Assembly: GCA_038727095.1 (NCBI GenBank)
Contig: JAVYWK010000003.1
Location: 36,795-100,794, forward strand
Length of the DNA: 64,000 nucleotides
From: Thermofilaceae archaeon
Lineage (GTDB): Archaea > Thermoproteota > Thermoprotei > Thermofilales > Thermofilaceae
Direction: 5' to 3'
Below, in pieces: positions 1 to 9,889 of this stretch. The notes below the pieces were generated by a model that was not told where the DNA came from, did no database searches, and saw only the letters and a program-made list of their open reading frames with translations. How positions within the stretch are numbered: position 1 is the first letter of the stretch; every line of letters starts with the position of its first letter. A program made the translations under genes and the position numbers.

Positions 1-1961
1 AAAGCCGAGACGTTGAAAAGAGCGGCTAGTTCAGCGTTTCTATCAAGCGCCCATATCCAACTAGTTGCGTTCACTTCTGCAGCATAGCTCCTAAGCGAGC
101 CTTCATCATCGTACGTCGTTGGAGCCAGCATGATCATCTCAACGTTGAGCTCCTTCAGCTTTGGTATGAGGAGAGAACAGCCGGTACACTTAGTGTAGAA
201 GAAAACCAGTACTCTGACACCTTCATTCAACTCTATCACTTTTCCGTTTATATCTATGACGGAGGGAAGGTTGGAAAGCCTTACCCTTGCATGATCGTAC
301 TCAATTTGCGTGTACTCACGCAGCTTTGAGCGTATCAAGCTAACATTCACCGTGCGCACCTGCCGTTCTTCATCTGGCTGTTCAGGAGAAACTGTACTGC
401 AACCCACGGACAGTAGTACGTTGTGTGTTACCCCCGCTAGAACCGTGACGCTTGTGCTGTTGCTGCATTCTTTAACATGGGCTACCACTCGATACTCTCC
501 AGGTGGTAACTGGAGCAGAAGGCTCTTCAGCGTGCTACTATTTACAGTCCGCCCCTCCTTATCTAGGATCTCTATTGCTACCCCGTCAATCCCGAAAACC
601 GTGATGTTCAAAAGGCCTTTAAGGGAAAGAGATGTTTCTACTTCCCTTTCTTCTTCTGGCACAAGGTTGATGACAATTCTCTCATCCACGGCTCCGATAA
701 CGAGGGAGGTATGGTTTCGCTTAAAACCTTCTTTCCATACTGCCACTGTATATGTGCCAGGAGGCAGTTTGAGAACTGCTACGCCGTTGTTACCAACTTG
801 TACTGTTAAGTTTCTTTCCTTTATATTTATAAATGCGTACGGTTCCGTGATTATCGTTACGTTAACTTGACTCTTATCAACAGTTTCAGATCTAACTAAG
901 CTCAGGACACTATGACCGTAGAGAACTACCGCCCAGGAAGCACCCTCAGCTACTACGCGTGGCGTCCAAGGGATGGGGTAAGAAGCTACGCTAAAAGTAA
1001 GCCCTTTAACTATGATGAACGATGGAGCAGCCACAGCGGGCTCACGCTCGAAAATGAGTAAAGCGTAACCCCTTTCGCCCTTGGGGGGATCGATCACTCG
1101 GATAACGGAGTCGCGGTGTACTCTGAAGAGAGAAACAGCGCCGGTGCTGGGGTCTCGAGTAAGCACGTATCCTACACCCTCGCTCATTCGCACATCCAGA
1201 GGTCTACCGGGAACCTTGAAACTGCTCTTCTGCCCATTAACTAGGTCGTAGTAGAGTCCTTGACCATCAGCGACGCGGACAGCTACCATCGCGCGCGTAT
1301 CTGCATCGATTTTGCACTCGCCGAACCTCTGGATGAAAACATAATCGTAGGTTGTCAAGTCGTAGAGGCTTACAAAGGTGTCATCGAGCTTACAGATCTC
1401 GCACGTGGTGTCAATCCATGTTAGCAGCATAAGGTTGCCCACTATCTTTACGTCAAAAACGTAGACCAGCCTACCATTCTTCAGATCACGTACAAGTGTG
1501 ATAGCCTTTAGGTTAGTATCGTAAACTAGTAATCTATCAAGCCTTACAAATCCTTTCTCAGTTCTATAATTATACTTTTGTATAAAAACAACCCATCGAC
1601 CTCTTATGATAGCCCTGTACGCATCTCCATCGAAGGCTATCTCCCTTCTGATGATAGAGTTAGTGAAAGGGTTTAAGTATATTACCGTACCGTTACTAAA
1701 GGCGACGGCTAGCGTTGCATCATCGAGGAATCCCATGCCTATTGGTAGCGTATCGTAGGACAATCTCACGCTACTAGTAGGTTCGAAGCTAGGCATTGAA
1801 AAAGCTGTAATGGAACCGTTCGCGAAGGCTAGCACCAGCGTTTTATCACTAAAAGCTGTCGCAACAATATTGGATTCCAGCTCAAAAGTAGATACCTTTG
1901 GTTGCGCAAAGGCGAAAAACAATGTAAAAGCTACGGTTGCTAGTACCATCAGCTTCTTCAT
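1..1961 (-). CDS. Secreted/surface protein (3' end outside the window): signal peptide, probable beta-propeller, PEGA/carboxypeptidase-regulatory-like repeats, C-terminal thioredoxin-like CxxC domain
   Basis: Not in the ORF track because it runs off the window. Manual translation from the ATG at 1961 (ATGA overlap with the upstream stop) gives MKKLMVLATVAFTLFFAFAQPK... LPPGTYTVAVWKEGF... LPPGEYRV... VLVFFYTKCTGCSLLIPKL...LFNVSA; the frame is consistent to position 1. Confidence 0.8.
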   Translation of the reverse strand, partial: MKKLMVLATVAFTLFFAFAQPKVSTFELESNIVATAFSDKTLVLAFANGSITAFSMPSFEPTSSVRLSYDTLPIGMGFLDDATLAVAFSNGTVIYLNPFTNSIIRREIAFDGDAYRAIIRGRWVVFIQKYNYRTEKGFVRLDRLLVYDTNLKAITLVRDLKNGRLVYVFDVKIVGNLMLLTWIDTTCEICKLDDTFVSLYDLTTYDYVFIQRFGECKIDADTRAMVAVRVADGQGLYYDLVNGQKSSFKVPGRPLDVRMSEGVGYVLTRDPSTGAVSLFRVHRDSVIRVIDPPKGERGYALLIFEREPAVAAPSFIIVKGLTFSVASYPIPWTPRVVAEGASWAVVLYGHSVLSLVRSETVDKSQVNVTIITEPYAFINIKERNLTVQVGNNGVAVLKLPPGTYTVAVWKEGFKRNHTSLVIGAVDERIVINLVPEEEREVETSLSLKGLLNITVFGIDGVAIEILDKEGRTVNSSTLKSLLLQLPPGEYRVVAHVKECSNSTSVTVLAGVTHNVLLSVGCSTVSPEQPDEERQVRTVNVSLIRSKLREYTQIEYDHARVRLSNLPSVIDINGKVIELNEGVRVLVFFYTKCTGCSLLIPKLKELNVEMIMLAPTTYDDEGSLRSYAAEVNATSWIWALDRNAELAALFNVSA

Positions 1962-2416
1962 ACCGTTTCGCTCTCCTTGAAGAGCAACTTAAAAGGTATT
2001 CCGTTGAGCGTCTGAACTAGAAGGCTTAGCCCTCCCCCTGCGGTTTTTGCCTCCCTAGCTAAGCGAGAAATCGCATCTCTCACTCTTATCAGCGCGGTTA
2101 ACGTATCTTTAAGAGCCGCGAGAGTTTCTTCAACTACGACGAGTTCATCCACGGCCCTGGCACTGATAACGACCTTTATTCCCATGAAGTCCACTTCGTT
2201 TATCGCCTTGATTTGCTCACCGACGAGCTTGCTCAGCATCTCCTCTAGCATTCTAACCCTCTCCGCTCTACCCTTCAGTACTGCGTACCTCTTTTCAAGG
2301 ATATCTACCTTAGCTTTAAGTTGACTTATCTGCGTGTCTAAGTACTCTAGGAAGTCCTCGACGCTCGTGAATGTCAGCAAGTCATACGACATGTTGCTCA
2401 AGTTGCGATCCAGCAA
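1958..2416 (-). CDS. Hypothetical coiled-coil protein (start may be the internal MSYDLL ATG)
   Basis: ORF with heptad-like helices, in operon arrangement with uppS and the downstream gene. Confidence 0.75.
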   Translation of the reverse strand: MLDRNLSNMSYDLLTFTSVEDFLEYLDTQISQLKAKVDILEKRYAVLKGRAERVRMLEEMLSKLVGEQIKAINEVDFMGIKVVISARAVDELVVVEETLAALKDTLTALIRVRDAISRLAREAKTAGGGLSLLVQTLNGIPFKLLFKESETV

Positions 2417-2442
2417 GTGCTAAATATACGTAGCGGTTCGCT

Positions 2443-3282
2443 TCACGCACCGAACCGCCTACTCCTCTTCTGGTACGTCCTTAAAGCCCGGAGGAAGTCA
2501 ATCCTTCTGAACTCAGGCCAGTAAACGTCTAGGAAAACTAACTCCGAGTAGGCGATTTGCCAAATAAGGAAGTTGCTAATCCTCAGTTCCCCGCTCGTGC
2601 GTATAACCAGGTCCGGGTACGGGTTCGGCAAGTGCGATGTTTGCAGGTACCTTTCGAAGATTTTTTCATCTATATCTTCGATCTTCAGGACACCCTTTGA
2701 AACATCTTCGGCGATCCTTTTCGTAGCCTCAACGATTTCCGCTCGCCCTCCGTAGGCCAGCGCCACGTTGAGAAACCTCTCATCGAAACTCTCCGTCCTT
2801 CTTTCAAGCTCTCTCACGCCTATCGCGATATCCGGTGGGAGGAGCTCTAGGAAGCCGAGAGCTTTTACCCGAACCTTCCTTTTTACAAGCTCACTTACCT
2901 CAAGCTCCCTTTTAAGGTACTCCCTGAGTATGCCCAGCAGAGTGTTTACCTCTGCTGGATCGCGCCTCATCAGGTTCTCCGTTGATAATGTGTACAGCGT
3001 CACAGTTTTCACGCCCAAGTCGTAGCACCAGTTCAGGAACTCTCTTACACGCTCAGCACCTTCTCTGTATCCCTCTTCGCACGAAACACCCCTCTCTCTA
3101 GCCCACCTTCTGTTGCCATCCAGGATCACAGCTATGTGTGAGGGTATCCTTCCTGCGCTCAACACCTCCTCCTCTAGTAGCTTCTCGTAGAACTTGTATA
3201 CGCCGAGCGTTGCAGCTGTTCTTCTAACCAGTCGAGCGATTCTACGCATCTGGATCCCCGGCAACTTTTTCCTGTGACCCAA
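2443..3282 (-). CDS. uppS: cis-prenyltransferase (polyprenyl/undecaprenyl diphosphate synthase)
   Basis: HIAVILDGNRRWA, YGGRAEI and PDLVIRTSGELRISNFLIWQIAYSEL motifs. Confidence 0.97.
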   Translation of the reverse strand: MGHRKKLPGIQMRRIARLVRRTAATLGVYKFYEKLLEEEVLSAGRIPSHIAVILDGNRRWARERGVSCEEGYREGAERVREFLNWCYDLGVKTVTLYTLSTENLMRRDPAEVNTLLGILREYLKRELEVSELVKRKVRVKALGFLELLPPDIAIGVRELERRTESFDERFLNVALAYGGRAEIVEATKRIAEDVSKGVLKIEDIDEKIFERYLQTSHLPNPYPDLVIRTSGELRISNFLIWQIAYSELVFLDVYWPEFRRIDFLRALRTYQKRSRRFGA

Positions 3283-3293
3283 CTCTACCCGGT

Positions 3294-3602
3294 GTGAGAG
3301 GTAGGGGGTTTGGTATTATAATAATGTCTGCTTCGCTGTGCTTCGGAGCAGTTTACATCGTATCCTTCCTGAGGTGGCTTCGAACAATAGCCGAAACGTT
3401 CAAGGGAGAGGCATGGAGCTGGTGGGTAATCGCCCTGCCGATTCTCGCGATCGTGGTTTTTGCCGTCTTCTTCTCCTCCTGGATAGGGTGGGTAATCGCC
3501 TCAGCAAGCGAGGCTAAAAAGGCTGAACTGTTGAAGCCGCTCAACGACGTTTCTCGGCGATCGAACGGGCAAACTGTAGGAGAAGGTCGTAGTCCTCTCT
3601 GA
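3294..3602 (+). CDS. Small two-TM membrane protein
   Basis: Two hydrophobic segments; divergent from uppS. Confidence 0.6.
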   Translation: MRGRGFGIIIMSASLCFGAVYIVSFLRWLRTIAETFKGEAWSWWVIALPILAIVVFAVFFSSWIGWVIASASEAKKAELLKPLNDVSRRSNGQTVGEGRSPL

Positions 3603-4308
3603 CATGCCGTGTAGGCAGGACGAGCCCACGCGGCTCATAATCAAGTACGAATAGCCCGTCATAGCCTCTCTCGATAAGCCCCTTGATGATTGCAAATGCG
3701 TTGAGGCTTGCTGCACTCGTGACACGAGTTGCCCTTCCGTCCCGTGTGAAACAGACGAGCTTCACAGCGGCTAATTGCCCAAAGTTGGCTAAGGAGAGCT
3801 CGAGCATTTCGTCTGTAGTTAGACTTGGAGTTGGGGATAACGAGTATTTAAAAATCCCGCCCAGAAACTTTGACACGAGCGCTGATAACTGGGGCAGAAT
3901 GTCTTTTGAAGGTTCTAAAACCACTTTTTTGGCGTATGTTGCAGCCGATTGGAAGACCCGGTTTAACGCATTAACGGTACTCTCGAAGTTCCCTTCATTA
4001 ACAGGCATCACTACGTATTCTGCGCCTACCTCGTCTGCGAGTATCAAAGCTTTTTCGAAACTCTCTTCACCAACAATACCCAAACCTTCAGCGATCTTCA
4101 CTGCCGCTATACTAGCCTCCGCATCAGAAAGAGGTTCTGTTACGTCGATGATACCGAGGTTTACGAGATGCTCACTACTGAGCACTAACTCCAGGGGGAT
4201 GTCTAGGAGGTACCTCAGCTTCTCCGCGCACGCAGATGTCTCATCGAACACTACGCTATAGCAGATCACGTGTTTGTAACCAAAGGGGGAGCCTATATCC
4301 TTTCGCAC
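3541..4308 (-). CDS. Divergent TIM-barrel protein, sugar-phosphate isomerase/epimerase (AP endonuclease 2)-like
   Basis: ALILADEVGAEYVVM, VVLEP and GYDGLFVLDYE patterns typical of the xylose-isomerase-like fold. Confidence 0.6.
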   Translation of the reverse strand: MRKDIGSPFGYKHVICYSVVFDETSACAEKLRYLLDIPLELVLSSEHLVNLGIIDVTEPLSDAEASIAAVKIAEGLGIVGEESFEKALILADEVGAEYVVMPVNEGNFESTVNALNRVFQSAATYAKKVVLEPSKDILPQLSALVSKFLGGIFKYSLSPTPSLTTDEMLELSLANFGQLAAVKLVCFTRDGRATRVTSAASLNAFAIIKGLIERGYDGLFVLDYEPRGLVLPTRHVREDYDLLLQFARSIAEKRR

Positions 4309-4362
4309 GGTCTCGGCTCTGGCACGACACGCTTATAGTGAGCCTGACGGAGGCCTAAACCC

Positions 4363-5259
4363 GTGGCTCTCAGCGATAGCAGTGACGCGCTCAGTATCGA
4401 GGATATATACACCGTGCTCGGAAACCCCATTAGAAGGAAAATCGTAGAGATCATTGCGGAGAGGGGGGCCGTTTCGTTCACCGAGTTGAAACGCAGCCTA
4501 AATCTGAGCGTTGGCGCGCTCTATTACAACCTGGATGGATTAAAAGACTTCATCACAAAGGATGAGAACAGGAAGTACGTTCTGACTGCAAAGGGGGTTA
4601 CGCTCTACAAGGCTATGAAGGAGGGGGACGAAGCCATCAAGAGAGCGTTAGAAGAGCAAAGAAGCACTTTTAAACTCCTTGACAGTTACGTTCTCCGCTA
4701 CCTCGTACCCCAGCAGCTGTTTATCCCGTTGTACAGGAACAATACTCTCAGCCTAATCGTTGCTATGGCTTGCATGACCCTAGGTCTACTCACTTCTTTA
4801 TTCACGCGGCTTCCTCTTAAAATCCTGGAAGTTGAACAAGTTCCAATAAGTTCTTTTAACGAAGCGAGTTCTTTTATATTAAAACGAGGATATTTAATTT
4901 TCCTTAATTATACAATAAGTGTCTTAATACTTTTGATCGTAGTACAGCTCAGCACGAGGTTCTTAACTCGTAATAGGCCACCCCTTCTGGGGCTTTTAGC
5001 TGGCCTGCTAGTTGCACAGCTCCCCCTCTACGGCTATATGTTAGTTCAATGGATCATAACGGGATGGAGCTACCCCAACGTTCCGACTCAGACGATAGTC
5101 GCTTTAGCCGTCACATTCAGACTCTTTCAGGTGGTCAGCTTATGCTTGCTCACCGCCGCAATATCGGTCTTCTACAGGTTCAGTAGGGAACGCAGCTTCC
5201 TCATCACCTCTCTCCTGCTGTACATCAGCTTCTTTGCCAGGCACCTGCTTCCAGCATGA
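4363..5259 (+). CDS. ArsR-type wHTH fused to a multi-pass membrane domain
   Basis: LGNPIRRKIVEII...SFTELKRSLNLSVGALYYNLDGL...YVLTAKG followed by about 5 TM helices. Confidence 0.85.
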   Translation: MALSDSSDALSIEDIYTVLGNPIRRKIVEIIAERGAVSFTELKRSLNLSVGALYYNLDGLKDFITKDENRKYVLTAKGVTLYKAMKEGDEAIKRALEEQRSTFKLLDSYVLRYLVPQQLFIPLYRNNTLSLIVAMACMTLGLLTSLFTRLPLKILEVEQVPISSFNEASSFILKRGYLIFLNYTISVLILLIVVQLSTRFLTRNRPPLLGLLAGLLVAQLPLYGYMLVQWIITGWSYPNVPTQTIVALAVTFRLFQVVSLCLLTAAISVFYRFSRERSFLITSLLLYISFFARHLLPA

Positions 5260-6542
5260 GCTTCGAAGGAGTTTCGCCCTACGCCTTCAGGCTGGCCTCC
5301 CTCACGCTGGAGCTCATCGAGAGGAGGAGGACTTCCCTAGAGGTGGCGTTTCAGAAGGCTCTCAACAGCGTTGGCAGAAGCGACCCCCATGCATTGAAGC
5401 TTGCCAGGAGAGCGCTGCTAAGCTTCGCTAAAGCAGACCTTTTGCTCGAGGCTAGCGGGCTTGGGAACATACCATTGAGGCGGAAATGCGCTTACAGAGT
5501 CGCATTCGCTCTGCTGGAGGAGGGCGTTTATGTGGGGCGATTAGAAGCTGGCCTATTAAGCGACCGGTTGCGCGCTCTGCTAACGCGGAGAGCGCTCGAA
5601 GAAGTGACGCATCTAGTCTCCGGCCTCCCTCCCACGCAACGCCTAGCCGTAGAGAACTCCTTCCCACCCTGGATTATCGATGAGATCTCAAAGCACCTCG
5701 GGTTGAGGGAAGCTGAGAAGCTCGTGAAGGCCTGCAGTAGGAGGACAATCTGGATCAGGATCAACGAGTTGAAGATAAGCCGCGCGAAAGCTCTCAATGC
5801 TCTCCGCAGATACGCTGATTTGCGTGAGGACAAAGAGTTTCCCGAGGTTTTGGAGCTCGTCGGGGTGGAAGATCCCCCGCCCGACGTGTTGAAGATAGCT
5901 GAGAGGGGCCTCATCGTGATCCAGGATAAGGGCAGCGTCGCCGTGGCCCATGCCCTAGGCGATTCGAGGAATCTCCTCGTGATGGACGCAGCTGCAGCAC
6001 CGGGGTTGAAAACATCTCTGTTGCAGCAGCTTTCCAGCAACGAAGCTGAAATCGTGGCGGTCGACGTCTCGCGACGCAGGCTAGACGAGATGAGAAAGCT
6101 GCTATCGAGGTTGGGCGTACGCAATGTACGACTGCTGCTCGCGGATTCTAGGATAGCCAAATTTACCAGGAAGTTCGATAAAATCCTTCTAGACGCACCC
6201 TGCACGAACACGGGCGCTATAGCTAGCGACCCTGCGCTCCGCCTTGTACTCTGGAAACCTGCTGGCATCGATAAGTTCCCTCTCCTTCAGAAAAGCCTTC
6301 TTACCAATACACTCGAACACCTCAAAGATGGGGGGGATCTGGTCTACTCGACCTGCTCTCTGCTCAGTAGTGAGGGTGAATCCCTCATCGAAACTCTCCC
6401 GCTTGATTGGTTGAGCTCTGAGGGGCTGTGGGGTTTGCCGGGCTATCAAAACTTTGCGTGCAGTAGTAGGGTTCGTAGATTGTTTCCGCATATCCACAGA
6501 ACCACGGCTTTCTTCGTAGCTAAAATTAGACCTCATAGTTAG
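5256..6542 (+). CDS. RsmB/NOP2-family RNA m5C methyltransferase
   Basis: IQDKGS, DAAAAPGLKT, ILLDAPCT and LVYSTCSL motifs. Confidence 0.93.
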   Translation: MSFEGVSPYAFRLASLTLELIERRRTSLEVAFQKALNSVGRSDPHALKLARRALLSFAKADLLLEASGLGNIPLRRKCAYRVAFALLEEGVYVGRLEAGLLSDRLRALLTRRALEEVTHLVSGLPPTQRLAVENSFPPWIIDEISKHLGLREAEKLVKACSRRTIWIRINELKISRAKALNALRRYADLREDKEFPEVLELVGVEDPPPDVLKIAERGLIVIQDKGSVAVAHALGDSRNLLVMDAAAAPGLKTSLLQQLSSNEAEIVAVDVSRRRLDEMRKLLSRLGVRNVRLLLADSRIAKFTRKFDKILLDAPCTNTGAIASDPALRLVLWKPAGIDKFPLLQKSLLTNTLEHLKDGGDLVYSTCSLLSSEGESLIETLPLDWLSSEGLWGLPGYQNFACSSRVRRLFPHIHRTTAFFVAKIRPHS

Positions 6543-6588
6543 CATAGAGAAATAAGGTAAGAAGAAAGTAAACAAGGAAAAGAAGTTG

Positions 6589-6993
6589 TTAAATTACTGG
6601 CCTGAACTTTATACCGTATTCTATGATTCCACTCGACGACTGCTCCCTGAACTTCCTGAATACACCCTCGACCTCCATTCCAACCCTTACTTCGTCTGGC
6701 CTCACGTCGGTGAGTTGCGCTAGGATTCTCGCCCCGTTCTCCAGCTCGACGATAGCGATCACGTAGGGCTCCCGCCCTTCAAAACCCCTAGGTGGGTGCC
6801 TTATCACGGTGAAGATAACCACCTTCCCTCGCCTGGGCAATTCAATAGGTTCTAGCCCTTCATAGCCACAGAAGGGGCACACTAACCTGTGCGGGTAAGT
6901 GACGTTACCGCAGGAGGGGCATCGACCCCCTATCAGCCGGTACTTCCTAACCCTCTCCCTCCAAACCCTCGGGACACTCTCAGTCCAAACCAT
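6589..6993 (-). CDS. DUF35 Zn-ribbon/OB-fold scaffold of the thiolase-HMGS complex
   Basis: CPSCG...CPFCG plus OB fold; directly downstream of thiolase. Confidence 0.93.
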   Translation of the reverse strand: MVWTESVPRVWRERVRKYRLIGGRCPSCGNVTYPHRLVCPFCGYEGLEPIELPRRGKVVIFTVIRHPPRGFEGREPYVIAIVELENGARILAQLTDVRPDEVRVGMEVEGVFRKFREQSSSGIIEYGIKFRPVI

Positions 6994-6994
6994 T

Positions 6995-8164
6995 CTACCT
7001 CACCCTTTTCAGCACGTTTACTGCGATTGTTCCAGCTACACCTCCGAAGTTCTGAGCCATACCTATTTCAGCTTCGCTAACCTGGCTAGGCCCTGCTTTA
7101 CCCCTCAGCTGGAGCACAACATCGAGGATCTGGTAAACGCCGGTTGCTCCTACGGGGTGCCCCCTCGCCTTCAGCCCGCCCAACGTGTTTGTAGGAATCT
7201 TACCGCCCGGCTCCAGCTCTCCCTCAACAACTAAGCGGCCCCCCTCACCCCTTGGTGCGAAGCCCGTAACCTCAAGGGAGAGAACCCCCAGTATGGTGAA
7301 GGCGTCATGCACCTCAAGCACGTCGATGTCGTTGACTTCAACTCGTGACATCCTCATAGCGGCTTCTACAGCTCTGCGGAAGGCGGCAGCGTCGAGCGGA
7401 TCCTTCCGCTCGTGTACACTTAACACGTTGGTAGCCACGGAGCTCCCGATCACCTCAACGATCTCGTCGTGAGGGTTCCTCTTGAGGAAGTCCTCGCTGC
7501 ACAGTATGAGGGCGGCAGCTCCATCACCGACCGGGGCGCACTCGAGCAACCTTATCGGGTCGGCGATAAGCGGTGAGCTCATTACCTCCTCGAGGCTGAC
7601 AGCGCGCCTGAACTGGGCGTAGGGGTTTGCCACAGCCATCTTGTGGCAGTGCACGGCGAATGAAGCCACGTTCTCCTGCTTAACACCGTACTTCTCGAGG
7701 TACAAGCGGTAAAGGAGGGCGTTCAACCCTACGAACGATGCCCCAGTGAATACAACGTACTCCTGGTCCTCAGCTGTGGCTAACGCAGCCGTGACATCGC
7801 TTGGCAGAGCATCCGTCATTTTCTCAGCACCTACCACTGCTACGCAGTCGTACAGACCGGAGGCTACAGCTAGGTAGGCCTGGTGGAAGGCCACTCCACC
7901 GCTGGCGCAGGCAGCCTCGACTTTGCACGCTGCTACGCCGGGGATACCCGCCCACGTTGCAACCAGCGCGCCTAGGTGCTCCTGACCCTGCAGCTGTCCC
8001 GACATCATGTTGCCAACGTAGAGCGCTTCAATCTCCTTCTTGCTGATACCGGCATCCTTAACCGCCGCTAGCAGAGCCTCAACAGCAAGCTCCCTAAGCG
8101 ATTTATCCCAGTGCTCCCCGATCTTCGTAGCCCCAGCCCCAATAACGTAGACTCTGCCCGCCAT
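6995..8164 (-). CDS. Acetoacetyl-CoA thiolase
   Basis: VEAACASG, EVHDAF and GGLKARGHPVGATG motifs; start placed at MAGRVY (8164), 2 nt after the HMGS stop. Confidence 0.95.
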   Translation of the reverse strand: MAGRVYVIGAGATKIGEHWDKSLRELAVEALLAAVKDAGISKKEIEALYVGNMMSGQLQGQEHLGALVATWAGIPGVAACKVEAACASGGVAFHQAYLAVASGLYDCVAVVGAEKMTDALPSDVTAALATAEDQEYVVFTGASFVGLNALLYRLYLEKYGVKQENVASFAVHCHKMAVANPYAQFRRAVSLEEVMSSPLIADPIRLLECAPVGDGAAALILCSEDFLKRNPHDEIVEVIGSSVATNVLSVHERKDPLDAAAFRRAVEAAMRMSRVEVNDIDVLEVHDAFTILGVLSLEVTGFAPRGEGGRLVVEGELEPGGKIPTNTLGGLKARGHPVGATGVYQILDVVLQLRGKAGPSQVSEAEIGMAQNFGGVAGTIAVNVLKRVR

Positions 8165-8166
8165 CT

Positions 8167-9201
8167 CTAAGCCACCTTCAACAGGCCTTTCTGTTTCGCG
8201 TACTGGGCGTAATCTACGTACACCTTCTTTGATAGGAGCCGTTCTAAGGAACTCTTCTTCCTCCCTACGTTCTCGGTTGTAACGAGACATATCGCATCTG
8301 ACCCGGCTCCGGAGCCGAAGGAAACCACCAGTATCCTCTGCCCCGGCCTTGCGTGGTCCAAAACCCTAACGAGGCCGATCAAAGAGGCTGCGGCATAGGT
8401 GTTCCCTATCTCACCGCAGACAAGCCCGAGCTTTACTTGCTCCTCTTTGAATCCGAGCATCTGCGCTGCTCTAAGCGGAAACCTCACGTTCGGCTGGTGG
8501 AACACTACGTAATCGAAGTCGGAGGGCTTAAAGCCGGCCTCCTCCATCAGACCCTTTGCTGCTCCAACAATATGGTGGAAGTACGCTGGAGCTCCCGTGA
8601 ACCTGAAAGTATGCCTTGGGAACCTCTCTCCCTCGCGCCTCCAGAAGTCGGGAGTGTCGGTTACGTAGGAGTACGCGTACTCGATGAGGGCGACGGCCGA
8701 CTCGACCTCCCTGGATAGGAGGAGCGCGGCTGCACCGGCACCGGCAGTGTAATCCAACTCATCCCCCGGTCTCGCCTGAGCGTTGTCGGTTCCGACGGCA
8801 AGACCGTGCTTTATCGCCCCTCCGGCGATGAGCCCCGCGACTAGAATCGCAGCAGTCGTCCCAGCTTTGCAGGCGAACTCCATGTCTATCGCAACAACGC
8901 GCGGCGTCAAGCCCAGAGCTTCAGCGATCACAGTCGCCGAGGGTTTAACAGCGTAGGGTGGAGATTCCGAGCCAACGAGGAGCGCACCAACCTCCTCACG
9001 CTTGACATTCGCCATCTCCAAGGCCTCCCTAGCCGCTTCGCAAGCCATTGTCAGAGAATCCTCATCGAGCCCCGGCACGCTCTTTTCTCTTACAGGTTCG
9101 TCCTCACCACTCCAGATGCGCGAGATCTCTGAACCTTTAACCCTGTAAAAAGGTACGTAGGCTCCGTACCCCAGTATTCCGACGCTAGTCGTAAGCTTCA
9201 T
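8167..9201 (-). CDS. Hydroxymethylglutaryl-CoA synthase (archaeal)
   Basis: EDSLTMA, DMEFACKAGT, VFHQPN, IGNTYAA and SFGSGAGSD motifs. Confidence 0.95.
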   Translation of the reverse strand: MKLTTSVGILGYGAYVPFYRVKGSEISRIWSGEDEPVREKSVPGLDEDSLTMACEAAREALEMANVKREEVGALLVGSESPPYAVKPSATVIAEALGLTPRVVAIDMEFACKAGTTAAILVAGLIAGGAIKHGLAVGTDNAQARPGDELDYTAGAGAAALLLSREVESAVALIEYAYSYVTDTPDFWRREGERFPRHTFRFTGAPAYFHHIVGAAKGLMEEAGFKPSDFDYVVFHQPNVRFPLRAAQMLGFKEEQVKLGLVCGEIGNTYAAASLIGLVRVLDHARPGQRILVVSFGSGAGSDAICLVTTENVGRKKSSLERLLSKKVYVDYAQYAKQKGLLKVA

Positions 9202-9241
9202 CGCCTATCGCTCGGGGTGCTGTGCAACAACTATTTGAGGG

Positions 9242-9811
9242 ATGCGCGTCGGTCAGAGTTACGGTATGGAGGAACTGAAGCCCCTCTCGTTCAGGCTAAG
9301 GTATTACCCGGTGGTACTGGTATCTCTCGTAACCCTAATTGCGGTGGGGGCAAGCCTACCCGTCCCTGAACCATTATTACAGGAAGTCTACACACAGTAT
9401 CTCGAGCGCGTGAAAGAGCTTAGGAGCCTACTAATTAACGCGACGATGCGCGAGAAAGTAGTGTACCAGTTCTTCTTCAGCAGCGTGGGCAGCGTCCTCG
9501 CTTCGGCTACACCAGTAGTAGGCCCCTTCTTCACGGCTTACACCTTAACCTCCGTAGGCGTAGGTGTGCGGGCAGTCGCTGCTGCGGAATCAGGGACACC
9601 GCTTTACCTGCTACTCGCCACGCTCCTTGACCCCTCAGTCTGGATCCTCCTTCTAGCGTACACGGTGGCCGTAGTCGAGAGCGCCTATCTCACGCAGGTT
9701 ATCACGCGGAGGAATCGACTCTGGTTTGAGCTAACCTTTGCTATGCTAGCTTTAGCGGCAACCTTAGCCCTGATCTCGGCTACGCTAACTGTGGTGCTCG
9801 CCACCTTATAG
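9242..9811 (+). CDS. Membrane protein (SpoIIM/DUF95-like)
   Basis: Multiple TM segments; PVVGPF and E-containing helix pattern. Confidence 0.6.
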   Translation: MRVGQSYGMEELKPLSFRLRYYPVVLVSLVTLIAVGASLPVPEPLLQEVYTQYLERVKELRSLLINATMREKVVYQFFFSSVGSVLASATPVVGPFFTAYTLTSVGVGVRAVAAAESGTPLYLLLATLLDPSVWILLLAYTVAVVESAYLTQVITRRNRLWFELTFAMLALAATLALISATLTVVLATL

Positions 9812-9889
9812 GCGCCGGCTTCGACCGTTAGAGTCTACAAAGAGGGTCTTTAAATAAAGTAAATTTTCCTCCCTTTCACGGGAGCCTGG

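Noticed and set aside
8165-8290. N-terminal extension of thiolase in the ORF track
   Set aside because: Overlaps the HMGS 3' end; the ATG at 8164 fits the family start. The nadA, second permease and protease extensions were trimmed likewise
6589-9201. HMGS-thiolase-DUF35 cluster as a novel system
   Set aside because: Well-described conserved archaeal mevalonate-pathway complex
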